Shown piece after piece: positions 53,724 through 64,000 of a stretch of 64,000 bases of DNA (positions are counted from its first letter, which is position 1; each line of letters begins with the position of its first letter). This DNA is from Octopus bimaculoides. Its lineage: Eukaryota. The position numbers and the translations under genes were made by a program. The DNA lies in the NCBI RefSeq assembly GCF_001194135.2, contig NC_068985.1, positions 107,021,942 to 107,085,941 on the forward strand, read 5' to 3'. The notes beneath the pieces were generated by a model. It was not told where the DNA came from. It saw only the letters and a list, made by a program, of their open reading frames with translations, and made no database searches.

Positions 53724-54535
53724 CCTTTCTACTATAGGCACAAGACCTGAAATTTGGTGGGAGAGATTAAGTTGACTACATTGACCCCAGTGCATAACTG
53801 GTACTTAATTTATCAACCCCCGAAAGGATGAAAGGCAAAGTTGACCTTGGCAGAATTTGAACTCATAACATAAAGCATTTTACCCGGCATGCTAACGATT
53901 CTGCCAGCTCACCATAATAATAACAATAATCCTTTTTACGATAGGCACAAGGACTAAAATTTTGGGGAGGTGGATATTCGATTACATCAACCCCAGTACT
54001 CAACTGGTACTTATTTTATCAACCCTGAAAGGATGAAAGATACAGTGGACCTCGGCAGCATTTGAACTCAGAATGTTAAGACAGACAAAATGATGATAAG
54101 CATTTTGTCCAGCATGCTAACGACTCTACCAGCTCACTGCCTTAGTAATAATAATTTCTATCATAGGCACACGATTCGAAATTCTCTGTGGTGAGTATCG
54201 GTCAAAACCATCAGCACCAATATTTGACGGTGCTTAACCCCCATAAAATTTAACTGGTGTATCAACCCCAATACGATGAAAAGCAAGGTTAATCAAGGCA
54301 GTATTTGAACCCAGACCATAAAGAACCAAAATAAATACTACTTCTAGTGCAGGCACATGCAGGAAGGCACCATTGATGTAATCAACCCAGTACCTGACTA
54401 GTACTTATTTTATCAACTCAAGCGACTGAAAGCAAAGTTAACCCCAGCTGGGCTTCATTCAACTAGGAATACAAAAGAATGCAACTAAATACCACTAAAC
54501 ACCGAGTCTGCTGCACTATCGATTCTAATAATAAT
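53570..54535 (-). mobile_element. Five head-to-tail family B SINE copies, mostly separated by (AAT)n
   Basis: Approximate copies 53570-53679, 53710-53913, 53914-54141, 54142-54340 and 54340-54535, with varying divergence. Confidence 0.8.
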
Positions 54536-55071
54536 TCATTTTAACAAAAGCGCAGGTATCATTATAGAGTCTGGTGAATTGCTCTCTTTTCCACCACCAA
54601 ATCTAATAATGCTATTTGTTAACCCAAGAGAAATAAAAAAGCAAAGCTGAGATTTGAACAGAAATACAAGAAGTTGTCAAAAACAAAACTCCTAATTAAA
54701 TATAGATTATTTAAAAATTTTAAGAAATCACATATTTCATTGGTATCTCTACCTGTTCATGTAAAGCTGACTAAAGCTAAGCTTGCATTATGCACAGTAT
54801 CACCTATCCATTCCCCACCACTACCACCACCACATGCCAGCGTTGGCATCCCTCCAGTAAAGTCATGTCTGCCTGTTCTGTTTTTAATAAAAACTGCCAA
54901 AATGTTGAGTGCTTGTCACTTTACAATTAATCGCCTCATAATTACTGGACATGATAAGAGTTAAGATGTTACACTGTGTGTGTGTGTGTGTATTCACCTG
55001 TGTGAACAGTCATGTATGTGAGTACTCATACATAGGTGTGTGCAATTAATCATATGTTTTCATGTGTCTGT

Positions 55072-55126
<55 letters not shown>

Positions 55127-55479
55127 CATGTATGTGTTTTCAGTAGCAGCATTTTGTGCCTGCTTTTCCATGCTGGCATGGATTGAACACATTTTCTGAA
55201 ACAATGCTTTTCCAACCAGATGTCCTTACTGTCATCAACCCTTTTAACATGCAGTGTACCCATTCTAAAACCAGGATACACACATTAAATCCAGTTATAA
55301 TACAAACCCATATAGTCACTTGGTATCCTTGTTTATGTAATTTTATGGCAGAAGAAGGGACCCCATTTTGCCTCAGATGTTATTCAACCAAAGGTAAACC
55401 TTGATTGAGCATGCTATGAGCAAAGGTTTCCCAGCAATTACAACTCTATTTTGTTTACTGTGATAATATATATAGGATA

Positions 55480-56045
55480 GCATGCTGGGCGAAATGCTTA
55501 GCAGTATTTCTTGTCTTCATGTTCTGAGTTCAAATTCTACCGAGGTCAACTTTGCCGTTCATCCTTTCAAGGTCAATAAATTAAGTACCAGTTGCCTACT
55601 GGGGTCGATCTAATTGACTGACCCCCCCCCCTCCCCCAAAATTTTGGATCTTGTGCCTATAGTAGGAAAGAATAATGTATATAGGACTACATTATACAGT
55701 AGATTCTTCTCTTTGATATGAGAGATTTGGTTGCTATTTTTAGAAGACTACACATAAACACATATTTGACTACAGAATATGCTCCACACAACCTAAAAAC
55801 AATCTAGACATCTTCATGACATCATCAAGATCATAATGATAATGGTTTCAAATTTTGGTACAAGGCCAGCAATTTTAAGGGAAGTGAATAAGTTGATTAA
55901 ATCCACGTCAGAGCTTAATTGGTACTTATTTTATCTACCCACAAAAGGATAAAACGCTAAGTTGATCTCAGTGGTATTTGAATTCACAGTGTAAGAAGAA
56001 ATGCCGCTAAGCATTTTGTCCAATGTGCTAACAATCTGCAAGCTT
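55480..56045. mobile_element. Inverted pair of family B SINEs (55480-55675 +, 55835-56045 -)
   Basis: Forward ..gttcaaattctaccgaggtcaactttgcc..aagtaccag..; reverse ..ttggtacttattttatc..agttgatctcagtggtatttgaattc..gctaagcattttgtcc. Confidence 0.75.
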
Positions 56046-56386
56046 GTCACAAATGACAATAATATGGTGATGAGAACACCATAATAATTAGCATTGTCAT
56101 GGTAATAATGATCATAATTATAATGTCTATTTTACACCATCTTGACATGAGAAGGACAGATCAGAAATACAAGTCATTTCATGTCAGGATCAGCAGTTTT
56201 AGGTCTAACCTAATTACTTCATCCTAGGACTAACTTGATGGCAGGTATACTCAACCATTAAAATACAGTATCAATTTTACTACCTGATAAATATGTGATC
56301 CTTCTTTGACAATAACTGATGAGGATTGGTGACATTCTGGGTGTTTTCTGTTTGTTTCATTTGTTTATCTTTATGTGTGTTTTTTT

Positions 56387-56419
<33 letters not shown>

Positions 56420-56479
56420 AACAATTCACCTATTTACAATACATACCACACCAGTGAACACACGTTTACAACATACACC

Positions 56480-57090
56480 AATCAACAGCTTTAATTCCCT
56501 ACATAGTGGACAATTATCCCGAGGGAAATCAGTGTGTTTTTTTCTTCTCAAAAGTAAACAACTCTAAGCTCTGCCAACTACTGACCTATTACTCTCAATT
56601 TCAATATTCCTGAGACATTGGAAACATTTGTAGACAATCCTAATTTCATCACCATGAATCTCTCCCTACATCAGCAATTATTAACAATATCATAGAGCCA
56701 CAATTATTGGAGAACTTCTCTACTGTATCACTTGCCATTGAGAGCTTCAACAAAAGCAATTTTGTTGACACTTGGCATCAACAAAGCTCTTGACTATGTC
56801 TTCATCTGTTTGGTCTACTGGATTAGAAACTTCCCCTAAGAGCACACAATTGCCAGCAAATCTCTCTTAAGCTGCAACATTTCAATTATGATCCCATCAC
56901 TCTTCCCTTTGCACTTATTGCCACTTCAAACAAGTAGATCTTAAGCAGATAATGCCATTCTTTACTCCTTCACTCAACTTTCCATCCAAAAACAAGCACC
57001 ATTTACAGGCCAACATAAATGCCTCACTTCCAACATATAGTTTCCACGAATAAAAACTGTGAGATCATTCTTCAATGGAGACATAACCAT
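56480..57090 (+). mobile_element. Decayed CR1/Jockey-group LINE RT fragment
   Basis: SANY*PITL (NYRPISL) and LGINKALDYV (LDISKAFDRV) at the expected spacing. Confidence 0.6.
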
Positions 57091-57140
57091 GTAATTCACA
57101 AGTGAGATTGAAACTGAACCAAATTTGATGACTGGCACCA

Positions 57141-57570
57141 GTGCCAGTGGAGCGCTAACAGCACCATCTGAATGGAATCACTGCCAGAGCAGCGGTCTCG
57201 CTCCTGTGCCAGTGGCATGTAAGAAGCACCATTTGAGCGTGATCGTTTCCAGCTTCGCCTTACTCGCACTTGTGCTGGTGGCATGTGAACAAAACATTGG
57301 CTGACTCCAGTGCAGGTGGCACATAAAAAACACCATTTGAGCATGGCTGTTGCCAGTACCGCCGGACTGGCCCTCGTGCCAGTGCCATGTAAAAAGCACT
57401 CACTATACTCTCCGAGTGATTGGCGTTAGGAAGGGCATCCAACTGTAGAAACTCTGCCAGATCAGATTGGAGTCTGGTGTAGCCATCCGCTTCGCCAGTC
57501 CCCAGTCAAATCGTCCAACCTATGCTAGCATGGAAAGTGGACGTTAAATGATGATAATGATGATGATGAT
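57141..57570 (+). mobile_element. Family C SINE with five GTGCCRGTGGCA..AAAAGCACC-anchored modules and (GAT)n tail
   Basis: Anchors from 57141 to about 57400, with spacings of about 65, 66, 38 and 66 nt. Confidence 0.85.
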
Positions 57571-57659
57571 AAATGTGGTATCCCTAAGTGCTCTAAGTAT
57601 ATTTTTGAAGTGCTTCTGTTCTTTCATTATATTTTTTAGTGTAAATATGAATATTGTAT

Positions 57660-57925
57660 GAGATTCTTAGTATTTTTTGCTTCTTGTGTATATGTATGGT
57701 ATGTTGTTGAGTGTGATGGTTGGTTGTGTTTGATGTCCTCTAGTATTACTGGTAAGACACATGATGAGGGTGGATTTGGTAGGTAGTAATTTAGTCAGGT
57801 TGATTTTATAATTTTGAGCAGTTATCCAGCTGTTTCTGTGAAATTGTAATAGGATGTAACTGTGATGTTGTAAACAGATGAGACCATGTGTAAATTTTGT
57901 GGAGGTATTAGAAATTATGTTATAA
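57660..57925 (-). mobile_element. Possible LINE RT C-terminal remnant
   Basis: ..WITAQNYKINLTK..TKSTLI..ITLNNIPYIYT resembles the W......N..K..T.....I.INN..IP region after YxDD. Similar strand-biased tracts lie near 15940-16330 and 28080-28470. Confidence 0.35.
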
Positions 57926-57927
57926 AA

Positions 57928-57976
<49 letters not shown>

Positions 57977-58749
57977 AGTGAGCAGACGAAATTTGCAGTA
58001 TTCTATTCAGCATGTTACAAATTTTAGATGTGGTGTTATACACACCAAAGGGTTGGTGACCTGTGATGTAGTTTACCAGCTAACCATGTACTGTTCTTAA
58101 GGTGTTTGTATTTGCTTTACAAGTATGTAGTTAGCAAGCTTTAGTCGATACTAACGGTAGGTAGCTAGCTAGTTTCCTGTTTGTTTTTGTTGTTGAAGTT
58201 GTCACAGATTCTTTTCGTGAAGTGTGTTATGCACCATGGTAGTATAAATCAAATTGGAGAAAGAATGTTTGCTTTGATTGATTTTTGCAAGTGTGCATAT
58301 GAGGGTGGTTGATGGAGATCATGGAATTGATATATTTCTGCCTGGCTGAGAATTTGGCAGTGTTGGTATGACTAGCTGGAGACAATGGTCATCATCATCA
58401 TCTAACCATCCGTTTTTTTTTATGCTGGCATGGTTTAGATGGTCCAACAGGATCTAATAAATCAAAGGACCATGCCTTACTCCAATATCTACCTTGGCAT
58501 GGTTTCTGCACCTTCATGCCCTTCTTAATGTCGACCATTTCACAAAATGTACTGGGTACATTTTTCAGAGCACCAGCACAAGTGACAAAAATAAATAAAT
58601 AAATAAAATAAAATCCTTGACTGATTGAGACTAGTTGCTGAGAGATTAATGCATGATTGAAGGGACAAAAATAGGTGTGTTGCTGAAGAGAAAATATATT
58701 GCTAATCTGCATTACATAAGGGTGAGTGGGAGTAATTGGAAGTGGAACT

Positions 58750-58970
58750 GGAAAGAAAGATAAAGATAATGGTGATAAGGTATTATAGCATACCCTCAAG
58801 GTACAAATGCTTAAGTCAAAAATATACTGGTGTTCTGACAGAGGGGAAAACAAAATTTTCTACATTGCCACACTGTATTCCACATGATAAACTATCTTGT
58901 TTGAGTACACAATATGGTCCTCTACTAGACATGGACAAAGCATATCTGGAACAATGGACATGCTGATCAC
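58750..58970 (+). mobile_element. Possible second RTE C-terminal remnant
   Basis: Frameshifted ..KTKF..HC.. and ..TRHGQSISG.. loosely match RFAGHC / P.HG.R..GRP. Confidence 0.35.
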
Positions 58971-59507
58971 ACATAGTCATTCAACAAGATAGCCTCTATA
59001 TGATAGTAGTAGGCAAATACTACTACCAAATAGAAGCCAAATACTAGCTGGCAATAGTAGCCAAATCTCCCTCAAATCTTAAAAAAAGGAAGGGCATGTA
59101 GGATAATGTAGATCTAGATGCTCCCATCATCATTATCATCTTCCTTATTGCTTTTATGGTGGCTTTTCCAGGCTAGCATGGGTTTTTAGGCAGGGCTATA
59201 AGACCAGTTGCCCTTCTTGATGCAAAAACTTTTAGTTTCTATTTATAGAATGTAAAGATATGGTGAGCCTATTCTAAATCCAGGATACACTCTTTGCCTG
59301 AAAAAGAATAGATGGGATGCTCACAACTGGAACACCTTTGATCACAAGTTTATCCAATTAGGCAGACCTAATACTAAATACTTTTAAGGAAAATCTGTTT
59401 AATGGGGACAGACTTGGAGCCAAACAACAAAAGCAATTACGTAATTATTATAACAAAATGTGAAAACAAGGTAAAATAGCAAATAAAGAAATTTTAACAA
59501 TCCTTAC

Positions 59508-59564
59508 CTTTCTTCGTTCATCTAACAGTGAGAATAAGGCATTCACTTCAACTAAGTGAATTTT
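59508..59564 (-). CDS. STUB1: STUB1/CHIP internal coding exon (57 nt, end of helical linker): KIHLVEVNALFSLLDERRK
   Basis: Minus strand: pyrimidine tract TATTTTGTTTTTACAG acceptor, 19 codons, GTAAGG donor. Aligns to human CHIP DKYMADMDELFSQVDEKRK (same 19-aa length) and joins in phase 0 to the next exon. Confidence 0.85.
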
Positions 59565-59759
59565 CTGTAAAAACAAAATAGATAAGAGAAATATAAGGAA
59601 ATGAAAATATACATTATGTTGGATGTCTGTATGAGTGTGTAAATGTGTTGTGCATTTGCACACACAGACCCTAAATACTTATACACACAAACACATACAC
59701 AAAACCGCATCATGTGCTGTTCCAGTTAATTGAATAATTATTTATTTCAGTTATTATTA

Positions 59760-59794
<35 letters not shown>

Positions 59795-59796
<2 letters not shown>

Positions 59797-60385
59797 GGTG
59801 GTGAGCTGGTAGACTCATTAGTACATCAGACAAAATGCTTAGCAGCACTTCTCTTTAAGTTCCAAGCTGAAATCTCACCACGGTCAACTTTGCCTTTCAT
59901 CCCTTTGGAGTCAACAAAATAAAGTATCAGTCAAGGACTGGGATTAATGTTATCAACTAACCTGCCTTCCACCAAAATTAAAGGCCTTGTTCAAAAATTA
60001 TTATTATTTTTAAGGCAATGAGCTGATAGGATTGTTAGCATGTCAACTCTGCCCCCATCACCCCTGGAGTTGATACAATAAAGTATCAGTCTGGTACTGG
60101 AGTTAATGGTATCATCTAATCTCTCTCCCTAAAACTGCTGGCCTCAAGCCAAAATTTGAAACAGTCATTATTATTATAAGCTCTGGGAGGCAGTGAGCTG
60201 GCAGAATCATTAGCATGCTGGACTGAATGCTTAGTGGTATTTCACCTGTCACCACATTCTGAATTCAAATTCCAGAGATTTAAAATTTGCCTTTCATCCT
60301 TTCAGTGAAACACTAGGGTTGATGCAATTGACTTAATCCTCTCCCCTAAGCTGCCCTTGTGGCAAAAATTTGAAATCATTATTAT
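59795..60385 (+). mobile_element. Three head-to-tail family B SINE copies separated by (ATT)n
   Basis: Each starts (a)aggYRgtgagctg.. after an (ATT)n run and ends ..aaaattt(gaaa)..attattatt. Confidence 0.8.
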
Positions 60386-61027
60386 TATAAATTTTCCTTT
60401 AACCCCTAGAAATTGTATGCTCTCCTTATCGGACTTTATGCAAACACAACTGATTTTATCAATGGAGGACCCACTCCTATCTTCATAAGTATGACTCACT
60501 ATCCAGCCAATCATGGAGCCTCTTCACTTAGCTTGCTTTCTGCCAACCTTACCTGACCTCTGCCAAAGAGAGAAGTGACCCAACAATAGTATCCAAAACA
60601 TACAAACGTAGGAATTCACACCCTAAACAAACCCACCAGTCAACTATAAACAAACTCACCTACTGCTACAATGAGCATTCAAAGCAATATGGCTCCACAC
60701 TGAGAGCACACTTTGCAGCATTAAGAAGAGACATGGTGAAGGTGATATGAATAAGGGGAGGTTGGACTCACAGGCAAACATCTAAAAGAGCAGAAACACT
60801 GAATAAAATTCTGTACTGGAATGACATGAACAAGTGACAAGAGCATCAAACATAAATCAACACAGCTAGTGCTCAACTGGACTTCATAGAGTATTTGTTC
60901 AACTTTGCTCTTAGTAACATGGGAAATCAGAGACAGCCATCATCATCATTATTATTGTTATAACATCTGCATTTCTGAATGAAATTTGTCGAGGCAGATT
61001 TTCCTCAGTCAGAGGCCATTCTTGTCA

Positions 61028-61670
61028 CCATCATCACCCTCATTTAGCATCCATTGTCCATTCTGGCATGGGTTGGATGGTTTGACTGGGCTGGCACACT
61101 GGAAGGCTGCACCAGGATCCAGTCTGATTTTGGCATGGTTTTCTACAGCTGGATGCCCTTCCTAACACCAACCACTCACTCCGAGAGTGTAATGGGTGCT
61201 TTTATGTGCTACAGACATGGGTGCCATTTGCGTGACACTGGTATCTGCCTTGACTGCGATTTTGCTCGGCTTGATGGGTCTTCTTCTTAAGCATGACATA
61301 ATGCCAAAAGTCTTGGTTATTGCCTCCATGAGGCCCAACACTCGAAAGGAGCTCAGCCACCTTTCCTCCATGAGGCGCAACACTCTAAACGAAAACTCAG
61401 CCACCTTGCCTCCATGAGGCCTGCTTAAAAGGAACTCAGCCACCTCACCTCCATGAGGCCCAAACACTCGAAAGAAACTCAGCCACTTTGCCTCCATGTG
61501 GCCCAGGAACTCAGTCACTTTGCATCCATGAGGCCCAATGCTTGAAAGGAACTCAGCCACCTTGCCTCCGTAAGGCTCGACATTCAAAAGAACTCAGCCA
61601 CTTTGCCTCCATGTGGCCCAATGTTCGGAAGGAACTCAGTAACTTTGCCTCCTTGAAGCCTGACATTCAA
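61028..61670 (-). mobile_element. RTE-derived 3' end (family C) with a ~42-bp unit tandemly amplified about 9 times (61321-61670)
   Basis: Units such as ccatgaggcccaacactcgaaaggagctcagccacctttcct (32-44 nt), directly adjoining the family C body. Confidence 0.8.
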
Positions 61671-61844
61671 GGTTGATTTTTTTTTTTTTTTTACATGCCA
61701 CAAATCTTCACTTATTTACAAGCAAGGTAATATTTTCCTGTGACCAGACATGCTCTCATGGAAAATTGGAAATAAAAGTCATGACTTGTATGATAGTATC
61801 ACATAATGTCAGGATGAGAAGGTACATGCATACACATAATTACA

Positions 61845-62081
61845 TGACTGATTCCCTTCTGTTTCCATCTACCAAATCCACTCACAAAGCTTTGATCAGC
61901 TCTGGACAATAGTAGAAGACTCTGGCCCTTTGAATTACAGATACTACTTTTTTTTGCCAGCTGAGTGGACAGGAGCAACATTAAATAAAGTATCTTGCTC
62001 AAGGACACAATGCATTGCCGGGAATTGAACTCGTGACCTTACGATCGTAAGCCAAATACCATAACCACTAAGTCATGCACC
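61845..62081 (-). mobile_element. tRNA-derived SINE (family A head, D-like body)
   Basis: Minus strand ggtgcatgacttagtggttatggtatttggc..gagttcaattcccggcaatgcattgtgtccttgagcaag. Confidence 0.8.
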
Positions 62082-63087
62082 TTCACTTACTGGTCAATTA
62101 CTTCAGTTTAAAATTCCCTGAACTCTTCTGGAATTCCATCATATCAGTTAGTCATAAAGTAAAGGCACTTCATTTTCCTTAGAAATCTACATACCACCAG
62201 ACTTTGCAAATGGGACTTGCCTGATAGTGAAGAAAATGCTTCTGCCTATCAAAGAAGCAAAAGTTTTCACAAATTGTGCTGAGAACAAGGAGGCTTGCAT
62301 TCAAAAAAATTCCTTTGTTATGGATGGATGAATATCACGAAATCACAAGGACAAAGTGTCAAAGTCACTGGAATCAATTTGAAATCACGTTATCTTCCCC
62401 TTCGGTAATTTTATGCTGCTTCTTTACTAGAGTAGAAAATTACATTTTTTTTTTCTATAACTCCTGACTGCAAAAAACTAAGAATACTGAATAATCCCCA
62501 AGTATCACAGCAGATACTGGAAAATGTTACTGATTAGAAATATAATTGATTCGAAGTAAATATGTAAGATAGAACAGTTCATTTAATAAAAGAATGTTTT
62601 CCCAGAAAAAAAAAAGAAAAAAAAAAAAGGAATAAAACATTATTTTTGGCTCTGTATTTGTTTGTTTATATTTGCACATGTTTATAAAGCTCAACTTGAA
62701 CGACCTTCTGAATTGCTTGCATGCAACAATTCTGAATGAATCAACATTTCCATACTAAATAAAGAATTTTCAGCACCTTTTTAAAGCAATCTATCCAAAA
62801 CATAATAAATTCATTTGATTGTATTTATTTTAGGTATTAATAAACCCTGGCAAAGCCAGGTGTTGCAGCTAAGTGCATGTATGCATACAAATGCATACAT
62901 ACAGGAACACAAATGCACATGCATAGTCACACTCACATACACAAAACACAAACATTCACTTACAAAGCTAAGGCTTTGTAAACAGGTGGTGGTGGTGGTG
63001 GGGTGGGGGTGAATTATTCCAGTTTTATTAGTGGAACAGTCTCTCAAAAGCAGAAAGTGAAGCACAAAGTTGAACCTAGTGGAGGGG

Positions 63088-63118
<31 letters not shown>

Positions 63119-63266
63119 AACCTTGTAATGCACTTAATTCAGTGTCCTTAACATATTTTCATACATCTCTGGGCATTCATTTTCCAACAAAAGTTGTGAG
63201 TGATATTAAAACATGAAAGACTTAAAATAAAACGAAAAGAAAATTAGTCACTCTTTATTAAGGCTG

Positions 63267-63383
63267 AATCTAGATTAATTTTTTGTATATTTGGGATAAT
63301 TTAAACAACCAATAACCAAGGAACCAAATCTAGATTAAATTTTGTATATTTGGGATAATTTAAGCAACCAATAACCAAGGAAG
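63267..63383. repeat. 60-bp tandem duplication
   Basis: aatctagattaa(t/a)ttttgtatatttgggataatttaa(a/g)caaccaataaccaaggaa at 63267 and 63327. Confidence 0.9.
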
Positions 63384-63398
63384 AATATGGTGCATTAA

Positions 63399-63615
63399 AC
63401 TCTCTTGATACCAATCTGTCCAGACCACCCCTCATTCTATGATACAAGTTCCTTCTTTTAAAGTGATCTAAATTAAAATCTTTCATTAAAATTTCATGTT
63501 AATTTGTATTCCAAACATCAGCTTAATAAGTTATTTTTACTAAATTTTTCATTATTTTAAAAATTAATTGAAACAAACACAGTGTATTTCAACAGAAATA
63601 TGCCAACAAAAATAG
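63399..63615. mobile_element. Older piggyBac-type MITE related to 27059-27280 (opposite orientation)
   Basis: TTAA at 63395-98, degenerate termini, and a shared internal gaa(a)tttagtaaaataactt..attaagct..gaagattttaatt on the minus strand. Confidence 0.65.
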
Positions 63616-64000
63616 CTAACACACTAATATGGTTTTCAAAGAAACTTGTAACATAGCAGTTCCTCTCCTTAATCACCATACCCTCTTGAATACGTCACAA
63701 ACTGCAGTTTTATATACTTCTTACAAAGTAAGCTAGTATTTTAATTAAAAAAAAAACATGCAATGTTACTAGAAGTTCAATCCTTTTAAATCTAAGTTAT
63801 ATAAGATTACATAACGCTAGAAATCTGAGACTTAGCAAAGAGAGGCAATACAACATCAAGAAACCAAAATTATGCCCTCTATGTAGAATTTGCCTGTAAC
63901 GAAACATCATCTAAACCAATGTCACAAATTACAACAAAAAAAGAAAAGAAACACTAAACTAACAAGCAATTCACTTAAAAGCCACCTTAACCAACAAATT

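Noticed and set aside
57141-57400. CRISPR-like repeat-spacer pattern (also 61321-61670, 29165-29340)
   Set aside because: Eukaryotic context with no cas genes. The spacers are homologous to one another and the repeats degenerate; these are internal tandems of retroelements.
61730-61790. CSHGKL as a Helitron PIF1 FSHGQL motif
   Set aside because: No flanking helicase motifs; the sequence resembles SINE-associated non-coding text seen elsewhere (e.g. near 24950-24990).
59565-64000. Further upstream STUB1 exons (TPR/helical region)
   Set aside because: Scanning the minus strand by eye gave no segment with both splice signals and CHIP similarity. They probably lie beyond the window, though a divergent small exon could have been missed.

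Overview
AT-rich, microsatellite-laden eukaryotic DNA with six N-gaps. The SINE/MITE repertoire points to an octopus genome (inference; gaps abutting microsatellites suggest a short-read assembly). The only host gene I can support is the 3' end of STUB1/CHIP (U-box E3 ligase) on the minus strand. It has three phase-0 coding exons (59508-59564, 50794-50910, 41298-41423; 57/117/126 nt, matching the last three human coding exons as I recall them) separated by 8.6 and 9.4 kb introns. Spliced, they give [99 protein letters not shown]. The upstream (TPR) exons were not found and probably lie beyond base 64000. The rest is decayed mobile DNA and repeats: up to four R4/Dong-type RLE retrotransposon remnants, RTE and CR1/Jockey-type fragments, two mariner N-terminal fragments, hAT/Charlie and piggyBac-type MITEs, several SINE families, mini- and microsatellites. 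Most supplied ORFs are microsatellite artefacts. Items most worth a second look: an antisense Dong/R4 element ending about 11-22 nt from the U-box exon donor site, a fossil 23-codon STPR-like repeat, a minimal hammerhead-like motif, a 563-bp unit with 82-bp direct repeats, and two old repeat copies that supply each other's empty insertion sites. I found no prokaryote-type system (CRISPR, operon) and no convincing intact novel system.
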